Of a DNA stretch of 64,000 nucleotides, positions 20,712-29,661 are shown one piece after another; the stretch's first letter is position 1, and every line of letters begins with the position of its first letter. This DNA comes from an uncultured Bacteroidales bacterium (lineage in GTDB: Bacteria; Bacteroidota; Bacteroidia; Bacteroidales; TTA-H9), in assembly GCA_964550695.1 (NCBI GenBank), contig CAZKCK010000001.1, positions 7,427-71,426 on the forward strand, in the 5' to 3' direction. The notes under the pieces were generated by a model, which was given only the letters and a program-made list of their open reading frames with translations, was not told where the DNA came from and made no database searches. A program made the translations under genes and the position numbers.

Positions 20712-21978
20712 TTACTTTTTTGTTATCGGCTTTCTGCTTATTTATACCAACGCAGGATATAGCCAAACCAACTATAACTCAGCATATTCACATTATGGTA
20801 TCGGAGATCTCTCAAACATAACTGATACACGGAGTTTTTCGATGGGTGGCATCAGTTATGGCCTCAGGGGATTCTACAACATCAACCATAAAAACCCGGC
20901 ATCGTACACCTCTTTCGACTCCCTTTCTTTTGTATTTGAAGGCGGTATGTTTTCAAATTTTATCACACATAAAACAACTGCATTTTCGGAGCAGGCCTCC
21001 AATGCAGGGCTTTCGTACCTGACTTTCGGGTTTCCGGTAACACGTTGGATGAGTGCAAGTTTTGGTGTACTTCCATTCAGTACGGTAGGCTATAACATTT
21101 ACGACAAGGAGGTGGATCCCGTTTTTGGCGATCTTAACCAGATTTATAGCGGCGATGGAGGTACTGTTCAGTATTATGTGGGAACGGGCTTTAAAATTAA
21201 TAAACATCTTTCTTTGGGAATCAATGCCTGGTACCTGACAGGTAACCTCGAAAGTTCCAATATGCTGAATTTTGCCGATTCCAGTATGGCGCTTAATACA
21301 CGGGTAACACAAAATATTCTGGTGGGTGATATAAACTTTACTGCTGGTATTCAATACAATACGATTATTGGTAAGGATCTGCGTTTCAATACTGGTTTTA
21401 CCTATGGAAACGGTAAAGAAATGAGCGCTACCCGTGAATTACTGGTAGAAACACTATTTGGTGGAATCAATAATCAAAATGAGTATAACAAAGACACTAT
21501 TTTATATGAAGCTCCGGTAGATGGTAAAATTAAACTTCCGATGGTACTTGGTGGAGGTTTTGTTTTCGAAAAACCGGAAAAATGGTTGATTGGTGCAGAC
21601 ATTGAATATGGCTTCTGGAAGGATTATGCCTCATTCGGCATAAATGATAGTCTCAAAAATTCCCTCAAAATAAGTGTTGGAACCGAAATTATCCCAAATG
21701 CCACAAGTATTTCCAAATACTGGCAAAAGATCAGGTATCGCGCAGGTTTCAGATATTCACAAAGTTATCTTGAACTCAAAAATACAAACATCAATGAGTT
21801 TGGCCTGAGTTTTGGTCTAGGGTTGCCAATTAAGCGTTTGGCCACAACCCTGAATTTTGGTCTTGAATTTGGAAAACGCGGAACGATTGAAAACAACCTG
21901 ATTCAGGACAATTTTTTTCGCTTCCGTCTAGGTATCTCAATTACTGAACGATGGTTTGTAAAACGCAAATATAATTAA
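20689..21978 (+). CDS. Outer-membrane beta-barrel protein of unknown function
   Basis: The signal peptide is MKTTNRFSYFFVIGFLLIYTNAGYSQ. Alternating aromatic/Gly-rich beta-strand patterns run throughout, and the C-terminal strand is aromatic-rich. The start overlaps coaX by 23 nt. Confidence 0.6.
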   Translation: MKTTNRFSYFFVIGFLLIYTNAGYSQTNYNSAYSHYGIGDLSNITDTRSFSMGGISYGLRGFYNINHKNPASYTSFDSLSFVFEGGMFSNFITHKTTAFSEQASNAGLSYLTFGFPVTRWMSASFGVLPFSTVGYNIYDKEVDPVFGDLNQIYSGDGGTVQYYVGTGFKINKHLSLGINAWYLTGNLESSNMLNFADSSMALNTRVTQNILVGDINFTAGIQYNTIIGKDLRFNTGFTYGNGKEMSATRELLVETLFGGINNQNEYNKDTILYEAPVDGKIKLPMVLGGGFVFEKPEKWLIGADIEYGFWKDYASFGINDSLKNSLKISVGTEIIPNATSISKYWQKIRYRAGFRYSQSYLELKNTNINEFGLSFGLGLPIKRLATTLNFGLEFGKRGTIENNLIQDNFFRFRLGISITERWFVKRKYN

Positions 21979-22001
21979 TCACAGATAGACTCTTTAGAAA
22001 T

Positions 22002-23381
22002 ATGAATAAAATGAAAACACGAATTGCACTACTAAGTTTATTCTCAGTCATGTTACTGAGTATTCAAAAACCAGCGGTTTCACAGTCGAACCCATGCAAT
22101 GGTCCCGGAAAATACGGTTCCGACAGTATTGCTTGCGTTACGAATCTCTCTCTTTACAAAGAATTCTACAAGCAGAAAAATTACAGCGATGCTTATCCAT
22201 CGTGGCGGCTCATCATCCAAAACTGCCCCTGTGCAAAACTTGCGCCTTATGTTGATGGTGTTAAGATTATGGAAAACAGAGTGAAAAACACTACGGATCC
22301 TCAGTTACGTGAAAAAGTGATTGACACACTTCTATCAATTTATGACCTGCGGATAAAAAATTTCCCTATCAATCCGACCACAAAGAAGAATCAGGTTGGA
22401 GAAATTCTGACCAGAAAGGGAATGGATTGCTTCAGTTTCAGGCCTGATAACCCAAAACAAGCATTCGATATTCTTCAGGAAGCAATCAGGCTCGACAGCA
22501 CCCATGTGATGGTTGAGGGCATTGTAACGATTATGCAGGTCGGCATAAAAATGGTAAATGACGGCAAAGCTGAGAAAACACTGGTAATTGATACGTATGA
22601 TCAGTTGAGTGACCTTATCGAAAATAATATTAACTATTATGCCAATGATTCTGTAAATCAGTCAACCTACATTCAGGCCAGGGGAAACCTTGAATTTTTA
22701 TTCGAACCATTTGCAACATGCGAAGATTTGGCAAATATTTATCAGGCAAAATTTGATCAGAACCCAAACGATCCAACCCTGTTGAAAAAAATTACAAAAA
22801 TTCTCGACAAGAAAAAATGTACCGATACCCCGTTATTCTATGCTGCCACCGAAAACCTTCATAAACTTGAACCATCAGCTACTTCTGCATACCTGATGGC
22901 CCGTAAATATCTGAAGGAAGAAAAATATTCAACCGCGGCTGATTACCTGAAAGAAGCTATTAAACTATTTGGCCCTGAAGATATTGACAAAAAAGCAAAA
23001 GCATTCCTGCTTCTGGGTAATGTTTTTCTGGGTGAGAAAAATTATATTGCTGCAAAACAAAATGCCCTGAAAGTACTTGAACTGAAACCCAGTGATGGCA
23101 ATGCATACATTCTGATTGGTGATGCATATGCTGCAGGTGCAGGTGCCTGTGGAGATAACGATTTAACAAAACGCGCTCCCTACTGGGCTTGTGTTGACAA
23201 ATACCTGCAGGCCAAAAGAATTGACCCTTCTGTTGCACCTACTGCCGATAAGAGAATCAGTTCATACAGTGCTTCATTCCCTTCAGTCGAAACCACTTTC
23301 TTTTATGGTTTAAAACAAGGTGATAGCTACAAGGTTGAATGCTGGATTAATGAAAGCACCACTGTAAGAACCTCACGTTAA
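22002..23381 (+). CDS. Secreted TPR-repeat protein
   Basis: It has a signal peptide and TPR-like helical repeats (YSTAADYLKEAIKLF..., AFLLLGNVFLGEKNYIAAKQNALKVLELKPSDGNAYILIGDAY). Confidence 0.6.
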   Translation: MNKMKTRIALLSLFSVMLLSIQKPAVSQSNPCNGPGKYGSDSIACVTNLSLYKEFYKQKNYSDAYPSWRLIIQNCPCAKLAPYVDGVKIMENRVKNTTDPQLREKVIDTLLSIYDLRIKNFPINPTTKKNQVGEILTRKGMDCFSFRPDNPKQAFDILQEAIRLDSTHVMVEGIVTIMQVGIKMVNDGKAEKTLVIDTYDQLSDLIENNINYYANDSVNQSTYIQARGNLEFLFEPFATCEDLANIYQAKFDQNPNDPTLLKKITKILDKKKCTDTPLFYAATENLHKLEPSATSAYLMARKYLKEEKYSTAADYLKEAIKLFGPEDIDKKAKAFLLLGNVFLGEKNYIAAKQNALKVLELKPSDGNAYILIGDAYAAGAGACGDNDLTKRAPYWACVDKYLQAKRIDPSVAPTADKRISSYSASFPSVETTFFYGLKQGDSYKVECWINESTTVRTSR

Positions 23382-23393
23382 ATAATATAGCCG

Positions 23394-23960
23394 GTGTTTC
23401 ATCTAAAAACACGGAACCTGTTTTCAGCCATTGCCATAACTACGGTTATGGCAATGCTGTTTTCATGTGAAAACGATATAAAAACAATCAGGCAGTTTAC
23501 TCAAACCGATACCCTGCCGGATGAAGTTATCCGTGATTTTGAAATGGTCTATACTGATTCCGGACAGACAACTTTCAAAATTAGCAGTCCAATACTCTAT
23601 AGTTTCAATGGAACAGAACCCAAAATGATTTTTCCTCAGGGCCTTTTTGTACAGAGCTTTGACGGAAATAATAATTTAAAAACTTCATTAAAAGCTAATT
23701 ACGGTATTAACTATCCTGAAAAAAAATTAATGGAAGTACGAAATAACGTAGTTGTTGAAAACACAGAAAAAGGCGAACAACTAAATACGGAGTTCCTGAT
23801 CTGGAACCAACGGACAAAAAAAATATACACGGACGCATTTATCAAAATCAGAACTACCGACAAAATCCTATTTGGAAAAGGCCTGGAGGCTGATGAAGGA
23901 TTCAGACGGAGGATTGTCAGGCAGATTTCGGGTGAAATTCTGGTAAATGCAGATGAATAA
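23394..23960 (+). CDS. lptC: LptC-like periplasmic LPS-export protein (lipoprotein-anchored)
   Basis: GTG start and lipobox MLFSC. The 188-aa beta-rich protein sits in the conserved coaX-OMP-TPR-lptC-CNNM-ppiD arrangement. The assignment rests on size, position and composition only. Confidence 0.55.
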   Translation: MFHLKTRNLFSAIAITTVMAMLFSCENDIKTIRQFTQTDTLPDEVIRDFEMVYTDSGQTTFKISSPILYSFNGTEPKMIFPQGLFVQSFDGNNNLKTSLKANYGINYPEKKLMEVRNNVVVENTEKGEQLNTEFLIWNQRTKKIYTDAFIKIRTTDKILFGKGLEADEGFRRRIVRQISGEILVNADE

Positions 23961-23992
23961 GTCGCTTATTCTATGATGAAATATTAATATAA

Positions 23993-25252
23993 TTGGACGC
24001 ATACATAACCATTATCACCTCTCTTGTTTTATCCGCACTGTTTTCGGGTAGTGAAATTGCCTTTTTAACCGCCAATAAACTTAAAATAGAACTCAGTAAA
24101 AATCAGGGAAATATCTCAGCCCGCATTCTTTCTGTCTTTGTTAACAGGCCTTCATCTTTATTAGGAACGGTTCTTCTCGGAAATAATATAGCCCTTGTGG
24201 TTTACGGTCTGGCGATTGAACCCGTACTGGATCATACAATCCGGATAAAATGGGGCTTTAACAACCTGAACGAAGTTGGAATTCTGATTATGCAGACCCT
24301 TATTTCAACACTCATTATTCTTTTTCTGGCTGAATTTCTCCCCAAAGCACTATTCAGGCGTAACCCCAACAAATTGCTCAGTTTCTTTGCTTTTCCGCTA
24401 TACCTGGTGTATATCCTGCTTTACCCCATAGTTTATCTGTTTATAGGACTTTCAGAACTTATACTTTATTTGTTTTTGGGAAGCAAGCTCCCGAGGCACA
24501 CTTATGAATACAGCCCGGTAGACCTTGACCACTTCATTCGAGAATTTACAGAATCAAAATCTTCTGACGATCTGGCTCAGGAAATACAGATGTTTCAAAA
24601 TGTGCTTGATTTTAAAGAAATCAGATTGCGTGAATGTATGGTGCCCAGACCCGATATCATGGCCATTTCCCTGCTTACTCCGGTGAACGAAGCTATTCAG
24701 AAATTTATCGACACTGGTCATTCCAAAATATTGGTATTCAATGATAATATTGACGATATTATCGGTTATATCCACTCTTTTGATATGTTCAGTAACCCCA
24801 CAGGAATTCAAAGTGTGATTAAACCTGTACTATTGGTTCCTGAAACCATGCTGGCCAACAAAGCGCTGAAAATGCTTATACAGGAGAAAAAAAGTGTGGC
24901 TTTGGTTATCGATGAATTTGGTGGTACTTCGGGGCTGGTAACTGTTGAAGACCTGATTGAAGAAATTTTCGGCGAAATAAACGATGAATTTGATATCAAT
25001 AAAATCCTTGAAAAACAAATCAATGAACAGGAGTATATCTTTTCTGCACGTGCCGAGATAGATTATATTAACCAGAAATTCGGACTTAAACTTCCTGAAT
25101 CTGAAGAATATGAAACTCTTGGAGGACTCATAATTCAGATACATGAAAGCATACCCGCCGTTGGTGATGAAATAGAAACCGAAGATTTTAAATTCAGGAT
25201 CATACAATCCTCAGATAAAAAAATCGAAAAAGTTAAGCTTACGGTAAAATAA
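23993..25252 (+). CDS. CNNM/HlyC-CorC family membrane protein (DUF21-CBS pair-CorC_HlyC; GldE-like)
   Basis: The N-terminal four-TM DUF21 region contains FSGSEIAF. A CBS pair follows (VRECMVPRPDI...). The C-terminal CorC/HlyC part reads VIDEFGGTSGLVTVEDLIEEIFGEI. Confidence 0.8.
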   Translation: MDAYITIITSLVLSALFSGSEIAFLTANKLKIELSKNQGNISARILSVFVNRPSSLLGTVLLGNNIALVVYGLAIEPVLDHTIRIKWGFNNLNEVGILIMQTLISTLIILFLAEFLPKALFRRNPNKLLSFFAFPLYLVYILLYPIVYLFIGLSELILYLFLGSKLPRHTYEYSPVDLDHFIREFTESKSSDDLAQEIQMFQNVLDFKEIRLRECMVPRPDIMAISLLTPVNEAIQKFIDTGHSKILVFNDNIDDIIGYIHSFDMFSNPTGIQSVIKPVLLVPETMLANKALKMLIQEKKSVALVIDEFGGTSGLVTVEDLIEEIFGEINDEFDINKILEKQINEQEYIFSARAEIDYINQKFGLKLPESEEYETLGGLIIQIHESIPAVGDEIETEDFKFRIIQSSDKKIEKVKLTVK

Positions 25253-25443
25253 ATTCAACATCAAACTTTAAATTGATTGCAGATGTAAAAGTTGAAATCT
25301 ATAGCAATTTTTGCAAAATACTCATAATTAATACTATATAATTTATTCATACAAGAAAAGGTTACAAAGGAGCGTAAAATAATGGGCTGAAAAAATACAT
25401 TGACCTGATTATCAAAAAATTTTGCCTGTTAAACATCTTATCG

Positions 25444-25451
25444 TAAATTTG
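25444..25451 (+). promoter_or_regulatory. Bacteroidota -7 promoter box TAAATTTG with TTTG -33 element
   Basis: TAnnTTTG lies 23 nt upstream of the ppiD ATG. A TTTG element lies 19 nt further upstream (attttgcc). Confidence 0.55.
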
Positions 25452-25474
25452 CAGCCTTTATAAAATTAATAAAA

Positions 25475-27586
25475 ATGGCGATTTTAGGAAACATTAGAAA
25501 ACGTTCGGGACTAGCAGTAATTTTTGTTGGTGTGGCCATAGCAGCTTTTGTGCTGGGTGATATTGGAAAAAGAACCTGGAAAAAACAGCCTAGTTTAGGC
25601 ATTGTGGCCGGTGAAAAAATTATTTACAAGGATTTTGAGCAAAAAGTTGAAGAAAACATTCAGTTTGCCAAACAGGGTCAAAAAAAGGAAAATCTTACTT
25701 CAGAAGAAGCATTTCAGGTAAGGCAAAATACCTGGAGCCAAAAGGTAAATGAGATCATTATGGATAAAGCATATAATGAACTTGGGCTCACAATTACCGA
25801 AGATGAACTCACTGACCAGATTCAGGGGCCAAATCCGCACAAATACATCATTTCAAATTTCAGCGACCCCAACACTGGGCAGTTTAGCCGTGAGTTACTC
25901 GTTAACTTTCTGCAGACGCTTGATAAACGTGAACCAGAGGTTAAAAAACAGGTCGAAAACCTGATCACTGCCATTAAAGCCGACAGGCTTAATGCAAAAT
26001 ACATGGCTTTGGTTGGTAAAGGGTATTATATGCCTAAAGCCCTTGTTCAGAAAGACTATCAACTGAAAAACGTTAAAGCTAAATTCAACTATGTGGCACA
26101 GAGCTTTACGCTTATTTCTGACAGTGCCGTTAAACTTACCGATAAAGATTATCAGGCTTACTTTGACAAGAACAAGCTAAATTATGAACAAGAGGAATCA
26201 CGTGATATAGATTATGTAATTTATGATGTGATGCCATCAAACGAAGACCGCGAAGAAGCTGCCAGAACAATTGACAAACTTTATAAAGATATGCAGGTGG
26301 CCAATGATCTGGTTGATTTCGTTAACTTCAGCTCAGAAGAACGCTATGACAGTTCTTTCAGAAAAAAAGGAAGCCTTCCTGTCCAGATTGACTCCATAAT
26401 GTTCAATTCGCCTGTTGGGACAATGGCCGGACCGATTCTTGACAATAACGTTTACACGGTTACCAAGCTGGTTGATGTTCAGACAAGGCCTGACTCACTG
26501 AAGGCCGCACACATACTGATTTCATATGCCAATGCTTATGGCGCACAAGACGTAAAACGCACCAAAGAACAAGCTAAAAAATTAGCTGACAGCATTTTTA
26601 CTGCCGCCAAAAGTGATAAATTGAAATTTGATGCGCTTGTTGCCAAATACACCAATGATGCTACTACAAAAGATAAAAATGGCGACTTTGGCTGGTTTGC
26701 TGATGGAAACATGATTTATTCGCTTAACAAAGCAATACTTGATGGCAAAGTTGGTGATATTACACGATGTGAAAGTCCGCTCGGTTACCATATCATAAAT
26801 GTTACGGGTAAAACCACACCTAACAAGAAAGTACGTGTTGCACTTGTAAAAATGACCATTAACCCAAGCACCAAAACCCGTCAGGATATTTATTCAAAGG
26901 CCAGTGCTTTTGCCGGACAGAACCGGACCACCGAGACTTTTAACAAAGCTGTGGCTGAACAGGGGCTGAACAAACGTACAAAAGAATTCACCGGTGCAAT
27001 GGATATGGGTTTACCTGGAATTGAAACCGGCCGTGAAGTTGTCCGTTGGGCTTTTAGTCAGGAAGTTAAGGCTGGTGATGTTTCTGATGTAAAAGACATT
27101 GATGGAAAATATGTTATTGCCAATCTGAAAAAAGTAAAAGCCAAAGGGTTTGCTACTTTGGAAGACATCAAACAGAGCATTGAGCCGAATATCAAGAAAG
27201 AAAAGAAAATTGAGATGCTTGCCGAAAAAATGGCCGGTGCCGGAACAACCGATCTGGCTGCTTTGGCTCAGAAACTCAATGCACGCGTTGATACTGCTGC
27301 TGACATTACCTTCTTTACTTACAACCTGCCGGGAGCCGGACGTGAACCCAGATTGCTCGGTGAAATATTCTCAATGAATCGTGGCGAAACCTCCAAACCC
27401 ATCAAAGGCGAAAATTTTGCTTTTGTTGTAAAGGTGAATGAATTTACTGATGCCCCGGCCAAAACTGATTTCACTGCCGAAGCCCGTCAGCTTGAAAACA
27501 GTTTCAACTCACGCATTTCCAACTCCATTTTCAGAACACTCGAAAAGTTGGCCAAAGTTGAAGATAACCGCGTTTTATTCTATTAG
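25475..27586 (+). CDS. ppiD: PpiD/SurA-like periplasmic peptidyl-prolyl isomerase chaperone
   Basis: It has an N-terminal membrane anchor (GLAVIFVGVAIAAFVLG), a SurA_N-like region, and a parvulin domain (AAHILISYA...GDFGWFADG...SPLGYHIINV). Confidence 0.8.
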   Translation: MAILGNIRKRSGLAVIFVGVAIAAFVLGDIGKRTWKKQPSLGIVAGEKIIYKDFEQKVEENIQFAKQGQKKENLTSEEAFQVRQNTWSQKVNEIIMDKAYNELGLTITEDELTDQIQGPNPHKYIISNFSDPNTGQFSRELLVNFLQTLDKREPEVKKQVENLITAIKADRLNAKYMALVGKGYYMPKALVQKDYQLKNVKAKFNYVAQSFTLISDSAVKLTDKDYQAYFDKNKLNYEQEESRDIDYVIYDVMPSNEDREEAARTIDKLYKDMQVANDLVDFVNFSSEERYDSSFRKKGSLPVQIDSIMFNSPVGTMAGPILDNNVYTVTKLVDVQTRPDSLKAAHILISYANAYGAQDVKRTKEQAKKLADSIFTAAKSDKLKFDALVAKYTNDATTKDKNGDFGWFADGNMIYSLNKAILDGKVGDITRCESPLGYHIINVTGKTTPNKKVRVALVKMTINPSTKTRQDIYSKASAFAGQNRTTETFNKAVAEQGLNKRTKEFTGAMDMGLPGIETGREVVRWAFSQEVKAGDVSDVKDIDGKYVIANLKKVKAKGFATLEDIKQSIEPNIKKEKKIEMLAEKMAGAGTTDLAALAQKLNARVDTAADITFFTYNLPGAGREPRLLGEIFSMNRGETSKPIKGENFAFVVKVNEFTDAPAKTDFTAEARQLENSFNSRISNSIFRTLEKLAKVEDNRVLFY

Positions 27587-27606
27587 AATATACCCAACCC
27601 CATCTG

Positions 27607-27633
27607 AGCCGGCCCTTAAAGCCGGCTTTTTTT
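27607..27633 (+). terminator. Rho-independent terminator after ppiD
   Basis: The stem agccggc/gccggct encloses a 7-nt loop and is followed by a run of 7 T. Confidence 0.8.
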
Positions 27634-27714
27634 ATGCCTTGTGCACAATTTATAGCGAAGAGGAATTGCCCGTTTCATGAATTAGGGATAATTTAGCTGT
27701 TCAATATCCAGATT

Positions 27715-29661
27715 TTGATACGACAGGAAACCATAGCCAAAATACTTGATGCTACGCGCATTGAAGAAGTAATAGGAGAATTTGTAAACCTGAAAAAGCG
27801 GGGAAGCAATTATACCGGACTGTGCCCTTTCCACAACGAAAAAACCCCATCCTTCTCAGTATCACCAGTAAAAGGTATCTACAAATGCTTTGGTTGCAGC
27901 GCTTCGGGTACAGCAGTTAAATTCATGATGGATCATGAGCACTATACTTATCCGGAAGCCCTGAAATACCTGGCCCGCAAATATAATATTGAAGTAGAGG
28001 AACAGGAGCAAACTGCCGAAGATATCAGGGCAGCAGGGGAGAAGGAAAGCCTGTTCAGTGTAAGCGCACTGGCTGCTGGATTCTTTAGTGAAACCCTCTG
28101 GGAAACCGAACAGGGCCGCTCTATTGCCCTTTCATACTTCGAGGAACGCGAATTTGATCATCAGACAATCAAGAAATTCGGGCTGGGCTTTGCCCCTGAC
28201 AGTCGTGATGCTCTTTACAAATATGCCGCAACAAAAGGTTATAAACCCGAATATCTTGAAAAAGCAGGATTAACAATTGTAAAAGAAGATGCACACATTG
28301 ACCGCTTCAGAAACCGTGTAATTTTCCCCATACATAACCTCTCAGGCCGTATAATTGGTTTTGGAGGCAGGATTCTGACAAAGGAAAAAAACCTCGCCAA
28401 ATACATCAATTCGCCCGAATCAGAAATATACCATAAAAGCAATGTGCTGTATGGAATCTTTTTTGCCAAAAAAGACATTGCCGCACTCGACAATTGCTTT
28501 TTGGTTGAAGGTTATACCGATGTTATTTCGATGCATCAGGCCGGTATAAACAATGTGGTGGCATCATCTGGAACCTCACTTACTACTGAACAGATCAGAC
28601 TGATAAAACGCTATACACCCAATATCACAATTCTGTACGATGGCGACATGGCGGGTATAAAAGCCTCATTCAGGGGAATTGATATGGTACTGCAGGAGGC
28701 TATGAATGTACGGATAGTGCTGTTTCCGGATGGTGAAGACCCCGATTCATTTGCACGCAAAAAGCGTCCGGAAGAGGTAAAAGAGTATATCAATAAGCAG
28801 GCTCATGACTTCATTGTATTCAAAACCAACCTGTTGCTGAAGGAGGCTGAAGGTGATCCGGTAAAAAGGGCTGGTCTTATCAAAGAGATTATTTCCTCCA
28901 TTTCATTGATTCCGGATGCAATTATACGCGAAGAGTATATCCGTGAATGCTCGGCATTGATGGATGTTCGTGAACAAACCCTGATTTTTGAACTCAACAA
29001 ACTACTCAGGAAAGGACTGAGAAAAGATGAACACACGGCCATTTCTGATAATATTCAGGATATACCTCCTATTGACCTGCCTGCTCAGAAAGAAGCTGAA
29101 ACACTTTCTATACATGCTCAGGAAGCCAATATCATCAGGGTGCTGCTCAATTATGGCGAACTGGATTTCTCATTTCCAATTATTAAACCAAAGGGAATTG
29201 TTGAGGAGGTTCCTGTAAAAACTGCCTTTTTTATTGTAAATGAACTGCTTGAGGATGATTTCACATTTGAAAATCCGGTCTATCAAAAAATTTTCACTGA
29301 ATATAAAGAAGCCTTTAAAAATGAATTGGTTCCGGGAGAACAATTTTTTATCAACCATCCGGTTCCTGAAATAGCCGACCTCACCATCAGTATTATTACT
29401 TCGCCTTTTCAACTGAGCCCCAATTGGTACGACCTAAAAGGGATTCATACACCGTCGGAAATTGAAAACCTTAAAGATCTGGTGATTAACTCTGTTTATA
29501 CCCTAAAACTTAAAAAAGTTGAATTAATGATAGCGGAAATTCAGGAAGAAATAAAAATTGCAGAAGTTGATGATGCACTTATTCTGCTTAAAAAGCAAAT
29601 GGATCTGATGTCGCTCAGGGAAGCTATTTCAAAACAACTCGGACGGAATATCCTTAATTGA
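27715..29661 (+). CDS. dnaG: DNA primase
   Basis: It has the zinc-ribbon CPFHNEKTPSFSVSPVKGIYKCFGC and the TOPRIM motifs VEGYTDVIS and LYDGDMAG. The start appears to be TTG, and no in-frame ATG lies upstream of the zinc ribbon. Confidence 0.92.
   Translation: MIRQETIAKILDATRIEEVIGEFVNLKKRGSNYTGLCPFHNEKTPSFSVSPVKGIYKCFGCSASGTAVKFMMDHEHYTYPEALKYLARKYNIEVEEQEQTAEDIRAAGEKESLFSVSALAAGFFSETLWETEQGRSIALSYFEEREFDHQTIKKFGLGFAPDSRDALYKYAATKGYKPEYLEKAGLTIVKEDAHIDRFRNRVIFPIHNLSGRIIGFGGRILTKEKNLAKYINSPESEIYHKSNVLYGIFFAKKDIAALDNCFLVEGYTDVISMHQAGINNVVASSGTSLTTEQIRLIKRYTPNITILYDGDMAGIKASFRGIDMVLQEAMNVRIVLFPDGEDPDSFARKKRPEEVKEYINKQAHDFIVFKTNLLLKEAEGDPVKRAGLIKEIISSISLIPDAIIREEYIRECSALMDVREQTLIFELNKLLRKGLRKDEHTAISDNIQDIPPIDLPAQKEAETLSIHAQEANIIRVLLNYGELDFSFPIIKPKGIVEEVPVKTAFFIVNELLEDDFTFENPVYQKIFTEYKEAFKNELVPGEQFFINHPVPEIADLTISIITSPFQLSPNWYDLKGIHTPSEIENLKDLVINSVYTLKLKKVELMIAEIQEEIKIAEVDDALILLKKQMDLMSLREAISKQLGRNILN

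Noticed and set aside
29654-29661. Convergent gene ends with no spacer: dnaG and the BNR gene overlap by 8 nt, and the glmS and thioesterase stops abut at 55160-55165.
   Set aside because: This is compact-genome packing. No hairpin or other signal is visible at either junction, so there is nothing to follow up beyond noting the absence of intrinsic terminators.
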